64,000 nucleotides of DNA. Origin: an uncultured Poribacteria bacterium. GTDB lineage: Bacteria > Poribacteria > WGA-4E > WGA-3G. Shown here piece by piece: positions 37,722-48,284 of this stretch; position 1 is the stretch's first letter, and each line of letters opens with the position of its first letter. The notes below the pieces were generated by a model. That model was not told the origin of the DNA and did no database searches. It saw only the letters and a program-made list of their open reading frames with translations. The stretch covers positions 32,001 to 96,000 of the forward strand of contig OX638351.1 of assembly GCA_951813565.1 (NCBI GenBank), written 5' to 3'. The translations under genes were made by a program, and so were the position numbers.

Positions 37722-38230
37722 ACGTGAGTTTGATAAATCCGTAGGGAATCAACACCGAATGCGCCTACGGCATTCGGTGGGGTAGAACGAAAATGGGGAA
37801 TAAAAAACAGCCTCTAAAGAGAGGTTGTTGACCCATTTGAGGTCTACATTTCTGAAAAAATAAGTGAAACCCAACTCTTTAGGACTCTCAAGACGGTTGA
37901 ATTGTTGGGTTTCGCTTCGCTCTACCCCATAAGTGTCAACTTAAGAAAAAATGCTGTATTTTCTCTTGTGGGAGGGAGACCTTGTCCGCCCGATATTGTG
38001 AGACTCAACCTATTATATCCAAATCAACGATGAATGGCGCCTATGGCATGCTGCCAAATCAACGCTGAATGCGCGTGTAGGCATTCATCGGGGTTGGAAA
38101 CCCCTCCCACAAGAGGATATATCCTTAAGCTGACACCTATGGGTGGGTCCCGCCGAATACCGCACGCGTATTTGGGCGTTGATTCACTGCATCTATACGG
38201 ACATTCGGGTACCCAATATTGAACTCACGT
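37722..38230. mobile_element. MITE family A copy 3 (composite, inverted relative to copy 1)
   Basis: ACGTGAGTTTGATAA...AATATTGAACTCACGT; interior matches the reverse complement of 26125-26190; flanking duplication not preserved. Confidence 0.8.
37928..38141. mobile_element. MITE family B copy nested at the same REP
   Basis: CATAAGTGTCAACTTAAG...CTTAAGCTGACACCTATG; internal CTCTTGTGGGAGGG/CCCTCCCACAAGAG pair; directly after GTTGGGTTTCGCTTCGCTCTACCC. Confidence 0.85.
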
Positions 38231-38261
38231 TAGTTTGAAATTATTGCTTCAAGTTTCAAGT

Positions 38262-38289
38262 AAAAAAGCCTCCGTAAACTGGGAGGCTT
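38262..38289 (-). terminator. intrinsic terminator
   Basis: AAGCCTCC-N8-GGAGGCTTTTTT on the minus strand. Confidence 0.7.
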
Positions 38290-38371
38290 ATGTTATACCT
38301 ATGCAACAACCTGAGTTGATGACAATTCTGATTTTTTAGATAACAATTTGAATTTTATTGAATTTCACCCA

Positions 38372-38602
38372 TTACGATACAGACCGTTTTTTACACAACA
38401 TGTGTCGAATCGCCTTCAGACACTTTTTCTTAGAAGTATCACAGCAATTTAATGCCGTTTTTAGTTCAATTAACAATGCGCGAGCAGCTTGTAACTTCGG
38501 CAATGAAGGGGTTTGCAGATAAATTTTTAACAATTCTTCTTTTTCGGCACTATCCATTTCATCTTGCGATTCAAGGATTTTACGATATCGTGAATAGTCC
38601 AT
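38372..38602 (-). CDS. hypothetical protein
   Basis: GGAG RBS, 76-aa helical ORF followed by a terminator. Confidence 0.6.
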   Translation of the reverse strand: MDYSRYRKILESQDEMDSAEKEELLKIYLQTPSLPKLQAARALLIELKTALNCCDTSKKKCLKAIRHMLCKKRSVS

Positions 38603-38672
38603 ATTTATATCTCCAATTTGTGTGTTTCAGGTAAGCAGTTATATTTTTTTAGTCTATTTACATTTTAAAGTT

Positions 38673-39173
38673 TTACAGCTCACTGTAAGAAACGGCAATC
38701 GGTTCTGCAGCGTTTAAGTTTAATGTGGTTTTTACGTGTTGATGCTCTTTTATCGCCTCATTTTCAGTTTGTCCTTGAAACACTGTTTCTAATTCAACAA
38801 ACTCCCCTAAACCCTCAACTATATCTAAGTGAATTCGGGTGCTATTATACATCCAAAGTGATCGTTGTTTTTTGACTATTGTCTTTATACCTAACGCAGC
38901 AGTCAAAAGTTCTTTTAGTGCTACCGGTTCAACAATTTCACTGAGTTGATATATACTGTAGCGGGATTCCAATTTATTTGGACGTTCATAGTAGATTAGC
39001 CAGCCTTCATCTGACTCAGCTGTCTCGCGTAGTTTTAACCTACCTTTCGGATTTTCAAAATAAGTATCTACTTGATGTATTGTTCCTGTGTGCGTTGCCT
39101 TTAAGTCAGCCAGCCTTGGCAGGAGCGCATCAAGCGACTCATACCGCACTTTAAACTCTAAGTTTTTTGCCAT
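38673..39173 (-). CDS. CYTH domain / class IV adenylate cyclase-like protein
   Basis: NLEFK, QVDTYF, LKLRE, VKKQR, RIHLD.V.GLGEFVELE, SYSEL. Confidence 0.9.
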   Translation of the reverse strand: MAKNLEFKVRYESLDALLPRLADLKATHTGTIHQVDTYFENPKGRLKLRETAESDEGWLIYYERPNKLESRYSIYQLSEIVEPVALKELLTAALGIKTIVKKQRSLWMYNSTRIHLDIVEGLGEFVELETVFQGQTENEAIKEHQHVKTTLNLNAAEPIAVSYSEL

Positions 39174-39240
39174 TAATTGATTTAATAGTTGTTCTTAGTG
39201 AATTCGATGTGTTTAGTGTTAGTACTACACACCACAAGTC

Positions 39241-39846
39241 TCATTCAAGTTCCAATAAATCTAAATCATCTTCAGTTTGATAACTATTGACACAAGAGCG
39301 ATTGCATCGTTCTCCGTGTGCCTGTAAGCCACAAACGCGATGTTTCAACTGCAGCGAACTCACCAGACACGTACGCAATTGTTCAGGATCAAAATTCCGT
39401 CCCATCAGGAAACTGTAACTCCCTCTTTGCATTAGATAACGTGCCGTCCTGTCATCAGAAACAATTGAGATGACCTTAACGTGGGATCGGTATCTTTGGA
39501 TAAATTCAAAGATACGAGTACGCCGAAATCGTGAGAAATCTGCAATTACCATCCGATATTTTGCCAACTTCAACATTGCGACTGCCTGCGAACCGCGACC
39601 TATAACATCATACCGATAGTTTTCTGATTCAAGCACATTTACAATTTTGTCACGTACATCACGATTATAAGAAACAACCAACACATCGCCTTTCAATTGA
39701 GATATAGAGTGACTCTCTTGAATTTCAAGTGGGAGAAGGGCATCATCGACTCGCCATCGTAAACGTCTACGTGCATCACGCATTCGTCTTTCGACTGGAG
39801 CAAGTTTCTCCTCTAATTCTGGATGTCGTTTTTTTGATCTTCGCAT
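39241..39846 (-). CDS. hypothetical protein with degenerate receiver-like domain
   Basis: VLVV...RDKIVNVL...Y.MVIAD...GSYSFL topology of a CheY fold; basic N-terminus; Cys-rich C-terminus. Confidence 0.55.
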   Translation of the reverse strand: MRRSKKRHPELEEKLAPVERRMRDARRRLRWRVDDALLPLEIQESHSISQLKGDVLVVSYNRDVRDKIVNVLESENYRYDVIGRGSQAVAMLKLAKYRMVIADFSRFRRTRIFEFIQRYRSHVKVISIVSDDRTARYLMQRGSYSFLMGRNFDPEQLRTCLVSSLQLKHRVCGLQAHGERCNRSCVNSYQTEDDLDLLELE

Positions 39847-40286
39847 AATAGACCTTTATACCTTTGATGCTTGAACATGCGTATTTGAATCTCTTGTGTG
39901 ATTGAAAACGCACCTACACTAAAGACACAAGATAACCCATAATACGTAATCCATGCAAATTTAATAACGAATTATTCTGAAAAAGAATTCATAATTTTGG
40001 AAAAAGTTCACTAACTTCAAGCTATTGCTACTTTTTAGATGCGGCAATCCCATTTTTTCTTGTAAAAAAATTTGATGTGCTATAAAATAACGACAATTCT
40101 TTTACTGCTATCCTTCGGGGATATCTCAATCTGACAGTTGAAACTAAAAATAAAGCCTAACACTTACGATTACCTACTTGTTACATATTATAGACACATT
40201 TGTCGTAAAAAAGATAGCAAAAAACGCTATATTTCTTTAGTTATGTATATATTGACGTATTTAAAACCCAAAAAGGATAGAAGAAA

Positions 40287-41336
40287 ATGAGCCACACATC
40301 GTCAATATCCCAAATTCCGATTCCAGCACATTTTGATTCAGATCAGGTAGGACGGGTGTGGCGTATTCCGTATCAAGAACGGATTAGTGAGGCGCGTGCA
40401 TGGGCACAACAATACGAAATCCCTCCTGCATCTGAGGATTCCGTCCGTACCTGCTTGCTGCTTGTTGATGTCCAAAATACATTCTGCATTCCGGATTATG
40501 AACTTTTCGTTGGTGGCAGATCGGGAAACGGTGCAGTTGAAGATAATGTTCGCTTGTGTCAGTTCATCTATCGTAATCTTCCACTTATTACTAAAATCGC
40601 TTGTACGTTGGATACACATACTGCCATGCAGATATTCCACGAAATTTTCTGGGTTAACGATGCAGGTGAGCATCCCGTGCCACTGCAGACGCTTATCATA
40701 CAATCGGATATTGAAACAGGAAAATGGCGTGTTAATCCAGCAGTTGTTGAAAGTTTAAGAGGAAATACGGATCAATATGCATGGCTCAAGGAATATGGTG
40801 AACATTATGTAAAAACCCTTACGGCTGATGGAAAGTATCCGCTTACAATATGGCCTTACCATGCCATGCTCGGTGGGATTGGACATGCTGTTGTCTCTGC
40901 TGTTGATGAAGCATGCTTTTTTCATGCAATTGCTCGCAATAGTCAAACACACTACGAACTCAAAGGACGGAACCCGTTGACTGAAAACTACTCAGTCCTT
41001 CGACCAGAAGTACTTAATGATGCAGAAGGGAAATCTATTGCGCAAAAGAACAGTGATTTTTTGGAAATGCTATTAGAATATGACCGTGTGATTATTGCCG
41101 GACAGGCAAAAAGCCACTGTGTTGCATGGACGGTGAGTGACCTGCTCACAGAAATTCAGCAAATAGATTCAACCCTTGCCAAGAAGATTTATCTGATGGA
41201 AGATCTAACGTCAGCGGTTGTTGTGCCGGGGATAGTAGACTATACGGACTCCGCAGATGCGGCTTTTGCCAAATTTTCGGAAGCGGGAATGTATATAGTC
41301 AAATCAACGGAATCGATTGGAAACTGGATTAGATGA
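40287..41336 (+). CDS. isochorismatase/nicotinamidase-like cysteine hydrolase
   Basis: LLVDVQNTFC, LDTH, IWPYH, KG.NPLTENYS, AGQAKSHCV. Confidence 0.88.
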   Translation: MSHTSSISQIPIPAHFDSDQVGRVWRIPYQERISEARAWAQQYEIPPASEDSVRTCLLLVDVQNTFCIPDYELFVGGRSGNGAVEDNVRLCQFIYRNLPLITKIACTLDTHTAMQIFHEIFWVNDAGEHPVPLQTLIIQSDIETGKWRVNPAVVESLRGNTDQYAWLKEYGEHYVKTLTADGKYPLTIWPYHAMLGGIGHAVVSAVDEACFFHAIARNSQTHYELKGRNPLTENYSVLRPEVLNDAEGKSIAQKNSDFLEMLLEYDRVIIAGQAKSHCVAWTVSDLLTEIQQIDSTLAKKIYLMEDLTSAVVVPGIVDYTDSADAAFAKFSEAGMYIVKSTESIGNWIR

Positions 41337-41382
41337 ATACGAAGCATCGCAACTCAGAAATGTAATCCGACAGTAAATAAGG

Positions 41383-42630
41383 ATGGGAATAGTTATGGAA
41401 AAAAGGCGTTCAGAGATTATTACCTTTACCAGACTGTCAGGGATGATGTTTTTACAATTTGCTATCTGGGGAGCCTGGGCAGTCCTCATTGCAGGACACA
41501 TGGAAAATCTTGGGTTCTCCGGCAAACAAATTAGTTATGTCTTTGGCACTACCGCCATAGGTTCAATAATTTCCCCTATCATTGCCGGATGGATAGCAGA
41601 TAGATTGATGCCTGCCCAGCTGTTCGCTGCTATTTCACATATACTGAGTGGCGTTTGTCTCCTCATCGCATGGAAACAAACAACGTTTCCGATGATGTGG
41701 TTGATGATTTTTCTCCACGCCATCCTCTATATGCCCACCATCGCCCTCACTAATTCAATCGCTTTTCACCACATGGGACAGTCCGAAAAATTTGGAAATA
41801 TCCGTGTTTTCGGAACGTTGGGGTGGATCGTGATCAATTGGGGATTGAGTCTGTATCTCCGATATTGGGAAGGACAAGAAACGAACTTGCCTCACGTTGG
41901 CGACTGTCTCCTTTTCGGAGCCATCGTTTCTTTCATAATGGGCGCTTACTGTCTGACCTTGCCTAACACACCCCCAAGCAAAGAGGCAAAAAATCCGTAC
42001 GCTTTTCTTGAAGCCTTCTCCCTTACCTCAAATAAGAACTTCGCAGTGCTTCTGTTTATCTCCTTCCTTGTTGCGATAGAATTACCTTTCTATTACAATT
42101 TAACCTATCTATTCCTAACTGAGGCGGAACACGGCGTTGGATTAGCAGCAAGTAACGCGAATTTTGCGATGAGTCTTGGGCAGGTCGCTGAAGTAGTACT
42201 AATGTTGTTGCTATTTCCATGTCTACGGCGTTTTGGAATGCGGATTACTATCTTTTTAGGGATTCTTGCATGGCCAGTGCGTTATGCTATCTTTGCCATA
42301 GGTGAACCATGGTGGTTAGTAATAGGAGCACAAACGTTGCACGGTATCTGTTACTCATTCTTTTTTGTTGGTGGAATGATTGCTATTGAAACACTTAGTC
42401 CGAAAGATATTCGCGCAAGTTCTCAGGCATTACTCCTATTTGTTACAAACGGGTTTGGTATGTTGGTTGGGCATATCGTTAGTGGGCGTGTGCATGATTT
42501 CTTTGAGTATTCAGGTGGTGGACATGCCTGGGCGAAAATTTTTATAGTTCCGATTGTCTTAACTGTCATTGCAGCGATTGCCTTCTTTATATTGTTTGAT
42601 GAAAAGAAATATCAGCAGACGCGAATGTAG
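41383..42630 (+). CDS. MFS nucleoside:H+ symporter (NupG/XapB-like)
   Basis: LSGMMFLQFAIWGAW, YMPTIALTNS, IRVFGTLGWI, LGQVAE, LHGICY. Confidence 0.88.
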   Translation: MGIVMEKRRSEIITFTRLSGMMFLQFAIWGAWAVLIAGHMENLGFSGKQISYVFGTTAIGSIISPIIAGWIADRLMPAQLFAAISHILSGVCLLIAWKQTTFPMMWLMIFLHAILYMPTIALTNSIAFHHMGQSEKFGNIRVFGTLGWIVINWGLSLYLRYWEGQETNLPHVGDCLLFGAIVSFIMGAYCLTLPNTPPSKEAKNPYAFLEAFSLTSNKNFAVLLFISFLVAIELPFYYNLTYLFLTEAEHGVGLAASNANFAMSLGQVAEVVLMLLLFPCLRRFGMRITIFLGILAWPVRYAIFAIGEPWWLVIGAQTLHGICYSFFFVGGMIAIETLSPKDIRASSQALLLFVTNGFGMLVGHIVSGRVHDFFEYSGGGHAWAKIFIVPIVLTVIAAIAFFILFDEKKYQQTRM

Positions 42631-42669
42631 TGCATAATACACTGCGAATATCGAATATAGGAGAAATTT

Positions 42670-44373
42670 ATGTCAACTGGCAAAACTCTCATGTTTTCCC
42701 ATGGTGCTGGCGACGTGACGATTTCATCAATGCGAAACTGGCGCATCATTATCTCAAATGATGCAGCTGTTTCAGAAAGATATGCCGCCGAAGAATTCCA
42801 AAAATGGTTTAATCAAGCAACCTCGTTGACGTTACCACTTGAGACAGCACAAGAAAATACCAGCTACAATGAAGGGCAGGTCAATATCAGCGTATCTTCT
42901 ACGATGGGCGATGAGGAAATCCACATCACCGTTGAAAATAACCAAATTCAGATTAGTGGAGGCCTACCGAGAGGTGTTCTTTACGCTGTCCATCAGTTTC
43001 TTGAAGAATTGGTTGGCATCCGATTTTTAACCGCTGACCATACATACATTCCAGATGCATCTGAACTCAAAATACCCTGTGGCAATTATACTTACACGCC
43101 ACCTTTTTCATTTCGTTGGAGTTACTACCGCGAGAACTCAAATGCTCCCGAATTTGCTGCGAAACGCAAAGTCAACACCGTCACAGATGCCGAAAATCTC
43201 GGTGGAAAAACGGGTCAACAGCTTATCAACCATTCATTTCATGTACTCGTCCCCTACGGCACGTACGGCGAAAGTCATCCGGAATACTACGCCTTAGTCG
43301 ATGGAAAACGGGATACCAATACCCACGGCGGCGGACCGCAATTGTGCGTCACCAATCCTGAAGTGATTGAGATCGCCGCTGCAACAGCAATTCAAAGTCT
43401 CACTGACAACCCCCATGTAGCGAACATCAGTGTCAGTCAAGCAGATACTGCCGCATACTGCAGGTGTGAACGTTGTGAAGCGCTAAACGAAGCGGAAGGC
43501 ACACCGATGGGTTCACAGTTGACGTTTGTCAACGCTGTTGCGGAACGCATCGAAAAAGCCCACCCGAATGTCAAAGTTGGAACGCTTGCGTATTGGTATA
43601 CTCGTAAACCACCTAAGACAGTTCAACCTCGCCATAATGTGCAAATCCAACTCTGTAGTATTGAATGTTGTACGCTCCATGCCATTGACAACCCAGATTG
43701 TGAACAGAATCAGGCGTTTTGCGCCGACACAAACGCATGGGGAAAAATCTGTAATGACATCTGGATTTGGAATTATAACACCAACTTCCGTTCCTACGAT
43801 TTACCGTTTCCAAATCTACGGAGTATTGGACCTAATGTCCGCTACTTTTTACGGAACAATGCCAAAGGTGTTTTCATGCAGGCAAATGGTAACGGGTTAA
43901 CAGGCGAATTCTCCGATTTACGAAATTATCTAATTTCATGTCTTCTCTGGAATCCACATCTTGATGATCAAGCAGTCTTAACCGAATTTGTGGAACTCCA
44001 CTACGAATCGGCTGCACCCGCTATTCTGGCTTATATCAATTTTCTTCACGAAAACGTTGAGGAGAGAAACCTCCACCCAAGATGTTTTCCAAGTCCAGAG
44101 GATGTCGGTTTAGATGCAGAAAGCGCGCAGCGTGTGTTTGACTATTTCCAAGAAGCGTTAGCACTCGCAGCAAATTCAGAGATTCAAGCACGTGTAGAAA
44201 AAGCCTCTATTTCTGCCTACAAGGCAATGTTGGTAGCAGGTGGTGAAATTCAACCGCAACGGCGGCGCGTCTTGATCGCTGAGTACATCGCGTTGTGTAA
44301 ACGCTATGGTCTGACGCACACAGCAGAACACCAAGCGGCTGAAGACTATTTTGAAGAATTGCACAAACAATAG
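42670..44373 (+). CDS. DUF4838 domain protein (putative glycoside hydrolase-like)
   Basis: GH20/GH67-like N-terminus (RGVLYAV..FLE), HPEYYAL, QLCVTNPEV, CRCERC, LAYWYT..PP. Confidence 0.8.
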   Translation: MSTGKTLMFSHGAGDVTISSMRNWRIIISNDAAVSERYAAEEFQKWFNQATSLTLPLETAQENTSYNEGQVNISVSSTMGDEEIHITVENNQIQISGGLPRGVLYAVHQFLEELVGIRFLTADHTYIPDASELKIPCGNYTYTPPFSFRWSYYRENSNAPEFAAKRKVNTVTDAENLGGKTGQQLINHSFHVLVPYGTYGESHPEYYALVDGKRDTNTHGGGPQLCVTNPEVIEIAAATAIQSLTDNPHVANISVSQADTAAYCRCERCEALNEAEGTPMGSQLTFVNAVAERIEKAHPNVKVGTLAYWYTRKPPKTVQPRHNVQIQLCSIECCTLHAIDNPDCEQNQAFCADTNAWGKICNDIWIWNYNTNFRSYDLPFPNLRSIGPNVRYFLRNNAKGVFMQANGNGLTGEFSDLRNYLISCLLWNPHLDDQAVLTEFVELHYESAAPAILAYINFLHENVEERNLHPRCFPSPEDVGLDAESAQRVFDYFQEALALAANSEIQARVEKASISAYKAMLVAGGEIQPQRRRVLIAEYIALCKRYGLTHTAEHQAAEDYFEELHKQ

Positions 44374-44405
44374 AAGTTGGATATTGTTACCCACAACCTT
44401 AATCC

Positions 44406-44434
44406 TTGACATCAACTCCATTTTATAATATACT
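44406..44434 (+). promoter_or_regulatory. sigma70 promoter
   Basis: TTGACA-N17-TATACT upstream of the Uma2 gene. Confidence 0.7.
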
Positions 44435-44481
44435 TAAAATAACACGTGAATCATTAGAATTTGATACTGGGAGATGAAACG

Positions 44482-45216
44482 ATGCAGAAAAAAATACAGT
44501 CTGCGCCGACAATATTCTATCCGGAATCGGACGGTAAACCTATGGCAGAAACAGATAAACATCGAGACCTGATGATAGATTTTATTCAGATGCTAAAACA
44601 CCACTACCGAAACGAAAACGATGTTTATGTATCAGGAAATCTGCTCATATATTACGAAGAAGGAAACCCAAGAAAGTCTATATCGCCCGATGTGTTCGTG
44701 GTATTTGGTGTTGCCAAAAAACAGCGGAACACCTATCTGACATGGAAAGAGACGCACACCCCTGATTTTGTGTTGGAAGTGGCAAGTCCAAGCACTTTTA
44801 GTAAGGATATGGGGCGAAAAAAAGACCTTTACGCTTCCGTGTTTGAGGTAAAAGAATACTACATCTACGACCCACTTGGTGAAATTGTACCGAGTTTTAT
44901 CGGCTATCGGTTGACTGATGGTATATATCAAGAAATCAATTTTGTAAATGAGCGTCTACCCTCGGCGGTTTTAGGATTGGAGTTGGGAGAACATGGAAAC
45001 GAATTGAGATTGTATGACCCTAAAACCTCGCAATGGTTGCAAACACCACCTGAACGTGCTGAAAATGCTGAAATACGCGCTGAAAATGCTGAAACACGCG
45101 CGCAAGAAGAAGCCTCTGCCCGACGAAATGCTGAAACACGCGCTGAAAACGCTGAGGCGGCGCTTGCCAAGGCTTTAGCGGCACTTGAACGCCTTAAAGC
45201 AGAGGAAAATAATTGA
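44482..45216 (+). CDS. Uma2 family endonuclease-like protein with heptad (RAENAET) tail
   Basis: YPESDGKPMAET, SPDVFV, PDFVLEVASPST, EYYIYDP; 21-bp repeats at ~45055-45155. Confidence 0.9.
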   Translation: MQKKIQSAPTIFYPESDGKPMAETDKHRDLMIDFIQMLKHHYRNENDVYVSGNLLIYYEEGNPRKSISPDVFVVFGVAKKQRNTYLTWKETHTPDFVLEVASPSTFSKDMGRKKDLYASVFEVKEYYIYDPLGEIVPSFIGYRLTDGIYQEINFVNERLPSAVLGLELGEHGNELRLYDPKTSQWLQTPPERAENAEIRAENAETRAQEEASARRNAETRAENAEAALAKALAALERLKAEENN

Positions 45217-45370
45217 AACCTAATTTTTGACATTTGTTTAAAGACTTTACACCACACATTTCTTCTATTTTGCTGCTGCACCCTATACCAACTGATAATT
45301 GATAGCAAACCCTACATTAAGTTTTTTGAATGCGCTCGGAGTACCTCACAGGTCATCGGAGAATTAACAG

Positions 45371-48163
45371 ATGTTTGATTTCCGATCCCCCCTCTTCTTA
45401 ATCCTACTCGCAGCGATACCGATCTTAATCCTTATCCAATTACGCACAAGCGTTTTAGCAGCAAAGTGGCGAAGACAAATTACTTTCTTACTTAGAGTTA
45501 TCGCACTTTCCTGTGCGATCCTTGCCTTAGCAAATCTACAACGAACTCACAAAGAACAACGCCTCGCTGTAGCATTTTTACTTGATACATCTGATAGTAT
45601 TGCACCTTCCCAGCGGGAGGATGCAATTAATCAGATTAACGACGCTATAGCAAAATTGAAACCGAACGATCAATTTGGGGTTATCAGTTTTGCTCAGGAG
45701 TCATCCGTCTTAATCGGAATGGGCCCGTCACGGGAACAGCAGTTACTAACGTCGAATCTGATAGAATCATCCGTTGAGTCAGATGCTACCGATATTCTCA
45801 CAACTCTCAAACGGGCACTTGAACTGTTACCAGACAATTATCACCGCCGAATTGTGCTTTTCACTGACGGAATAGATAATGTTGGCAATACGTCTGTCAC
45901 AGATTTTCTACCGTTGTTTTCTGCGAGTGACGTGGAAATCATGACAATCCCTCTAAACACCGTGCAGGATGCAATCCGTGTTCAAGAACTGCAAATGCCA
46001 AATCAGGTGCGAAAAGGACAAACCTTTCCGATACAAGTGATCGTTGAATCCGATGGAAGTATTCCAAAGGTAACAGCCACACTCTACCACAATGATGTTC
46101 CAATTTCCGATATTGAATTCCCCCTACAAAAAGGCAGAAATGTACTAACGTTCCCTACACAAAAGGTTTCGGAAGACCATCCTCATACATATCAACTGAA
46201 GTTAAATGTAAATGATGAAATCCTTGAGAATAATCAGGCTTATGGGGTGGTACAAATTCAGGACAGCCCAAATGTCCTATATGCGGAAAATGATTTGGAA
46301 CATGCCGATAATCTAAGAGAGGTGCTTGAAGAAAACGGTTTTGTAGTAGAAGTAATTTCTGGTCAGGATATACCAACGGATCTGATAACCCTCCAACACA
46401 ACAATGTGCTGATTCTTAGTAACATTCCTGCTGGCACACTTTCATCGGAGCAATTAAATATTATAGAGGCTTTTGTCCGTGGCCTCGGGCATGGATTAGT
46501 GGTTATCGGAGGCGAACGTGCTTTCGGTCCTGGCGGGTATACAGATACAGCGTTAGAACGTGTACTCCCTGTGGAGATGACACCGCGTGAACGGCAAGAA
46601 TCGGTTGCGCTTGTGTTTGCCATTGATACATCGGGGAGCATGGCAAACTACGTTGGATCACAGAAAAAGATTGAACTTGCTATTGAGGCGATACGCGCGG
46701 GTATTCGAAATCTGGAAGCAGAGGATCAGGCAGCAGTCATCGGTTTCGACGTGAAACTACGTGATATTTCATCCTTAACATCTGACCATGATGCGTTAAT
46801 TGAAGCAGTTGGTAGGCTTAAACCAACAGGTGGCACGACTGCAATGGGAAAGGCAATTGAAACAGCTGGGAAGATGCTAAAATTATCCGATGCAAAGCGA
46901 AAACACATCATTCTTTTGTCGGACGGCAAATCTGAGGGAGAACCCTCTACGTTTGTTGATATCGCAAAAGACTTGGCTGAGGCACGCATCATGATTACGA
47001 CAATCGCGATTGGTGATGCCGATAAAAACCTATTGAAAGAAATCGCGATCGCTGGTAATGGGCGGTCAGAAGATGTTAAGAATATACAAGAATTGCCTGA
47101 TATTTTAGTTGACGCTGTCCGCGAGACACAAAATTATATCGTTCAAGAACAATTCCAACCGATAATAGTGAGTCCGACAACGCCAATTTTAGAAGGTATT
47201 GATAGATTGCCGATGCTTTATGGGTACGTAGCAACAGCAGAAAAGTCTATCGCGCAGGTTTTTATAAAATCTCATAAAGACGAACCTGTTTTTGCTGGTT
47301 GGCACTATGGATTGGGAAAATCAGTCGCATGGACATCGGATGTCAAACCGGGGTGGAGTAAAGATTGGATTTCATGGTCAAACTTTGGCAAGTTTTGGGG
47401 ACAAGTTGTCAATTGGACTTTACCTTCTGAAGAGACAAATGCGGATTTTGATCTTATCGTTTCGTCTCGTAATGGCAGCGCAAAAGTTGTTATTGATACA
47501 CAACATGCGTCTCCTACATCTTATATAGTTAAGGTTGCAGGTCCGAATGGTGTGAGTCAATCTGTTGACATACAGCAGGAAAGTTCTATGCGCTATGCTG
47601 GAACATTTCAGATGAACGATAGTGGTTCTTATATTGTCACCGCAAAACAAAAAGATGGTAAGCATAAACAAATGGAAACGGTAACCCTCTCCTATCCTGC
47701 CGAATATGCGACGTTTGATGTAAACGTCAATCTACTTAAGAAACTTTCTGAGGATATAGGTGGTATTTTTGAACCGTCATTATCCGAGATAGTTGCGCCA
47801 GCAGGAACACCTTTTGAAAAACGTGTGTCACTTTCTCAAACGTTGTTAATTATTGCTGTTGCTCTGTTTGTATTAGAGATGATTCTTCGAAGGTTCAGCA
47901 TAGCAAGCGGATATTTCGCAGAACTTCGCTCACAACTACGGAGACAATCCGAGGCAGTTGTGCCTGAAACACTAACACAGCTTACACAGAAAAAAGCTAA
48001 TGTTAATTCTATTGCTAATAGTGGTGTTTATGCAACCGTGGAAAGCACATCCTCAAGCGAACACTCATCTAATGAAAACACATCTGAAACAACGATACCA
48101 CAATCAACAGAGGGAACTATGACACGCTTATTGGCTGCCAAAAACAGATCTCGTTCTGTGTAA
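45371..48163 (+). CDS. membrane protein with two VWA domains and a glutamine-amidotransferase-like domain
   Basis: BatA-like N-terminus, MIDAS motifs DTSDS and DTSGSM, LSDG, GGERAFGPGGY, W.YGLGK.VAWTSD. Confidence 0.85.
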   Translation: MFDFRSPLFLILLAAIPILILIQLRTSVLAAKWRRQITFLLRVIALSCAILALANLQRTHKEQRLAVAFLLDTSDSIAPSQREDAINQINDAIAKLKPNDQFGVISFAQESSVLIGMGPSREQQLLTSNLIESSVESDATDILTTLKRALELLPDNYHRRIVLFTDGIDNVGNTSVTDFLPLFSASDVEIMTIPLNTVQDAIRVQELQMPNQVRKGQTFPIQVIVESDGSIPKVTATLYHNDVPISDIEFPLQKGRNVLTFPTQKVSEDHPHTYQLKLNVNDEILENNQAYGVVQIQDSPNVLYAENDLEHADNLREVLEENGFVVEVISGQDIPTDLITLQHNNVLILSNIPAGTLSSEQLNIIEAFVRGLGHGLVVIGGERAFGPGGYTDTALERVLPVEMTPRERQESVALVFAIDTSGSMANYVGSQKKIELAIEAIRAGIRNLEAEDQAAVIGFDVKLRDISSLTSDHDALIEAVGRLKPTGGTTAMGKAIETAGKMLKLSDAKRKHIILLSDGKSEGEPSTFVDIAKDLAEARIMITTIAIGDADKNLLKEIAIAGNGRSEDVKNIQELPDILVDAVRETQNYIVQEQFQPIIVSPTTPILEGIDRLPMLYGYVATAEKSIAQVFIKSHKDEPVFAGWHYGLGKSVAWTSDVKPGWSKDWISWSNFGKFWGQVVNWTLPSEETNADFDLIVSSRNGSAKVVIDTQHASPTSYIVKVAGPNGVSQSVDIQQESSMRYAGTFQMNDSGSYIVTAKQKDGKHKQMETVTLSYPAEYATFDVNVNLLKKLSEDIGGIFEPSLSEIVAPAGTPFEKRVSLSQTLLIIAVALFVLEMILRRFSIASGYFAELRSQLRRQSEAVVPETLTQLTQKKANVNSIANSGVYATVESTSSSEHSSNENTSETTIPQSTEGTMTRLLAAKNRSRSV

Positions 48164-48284
48164 AACAATAAGTCAAAAGGACCATACACCTGTCCCTCTC
48201 GAATCAACGCCAATATATCGGGGTTGAAAACCCCTCCTCCAAGAGAGAAGATAATCCCAAGAACTTCACTCACTCTTCATCTTC

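Noticed and set aside
37715..38237. Target-site duplication for MITE A copy 3
   Set aside because: Flanks TTTTATA and TAGTTTG do not match; only the adjoining TA is kept, so no duplication is claimed.
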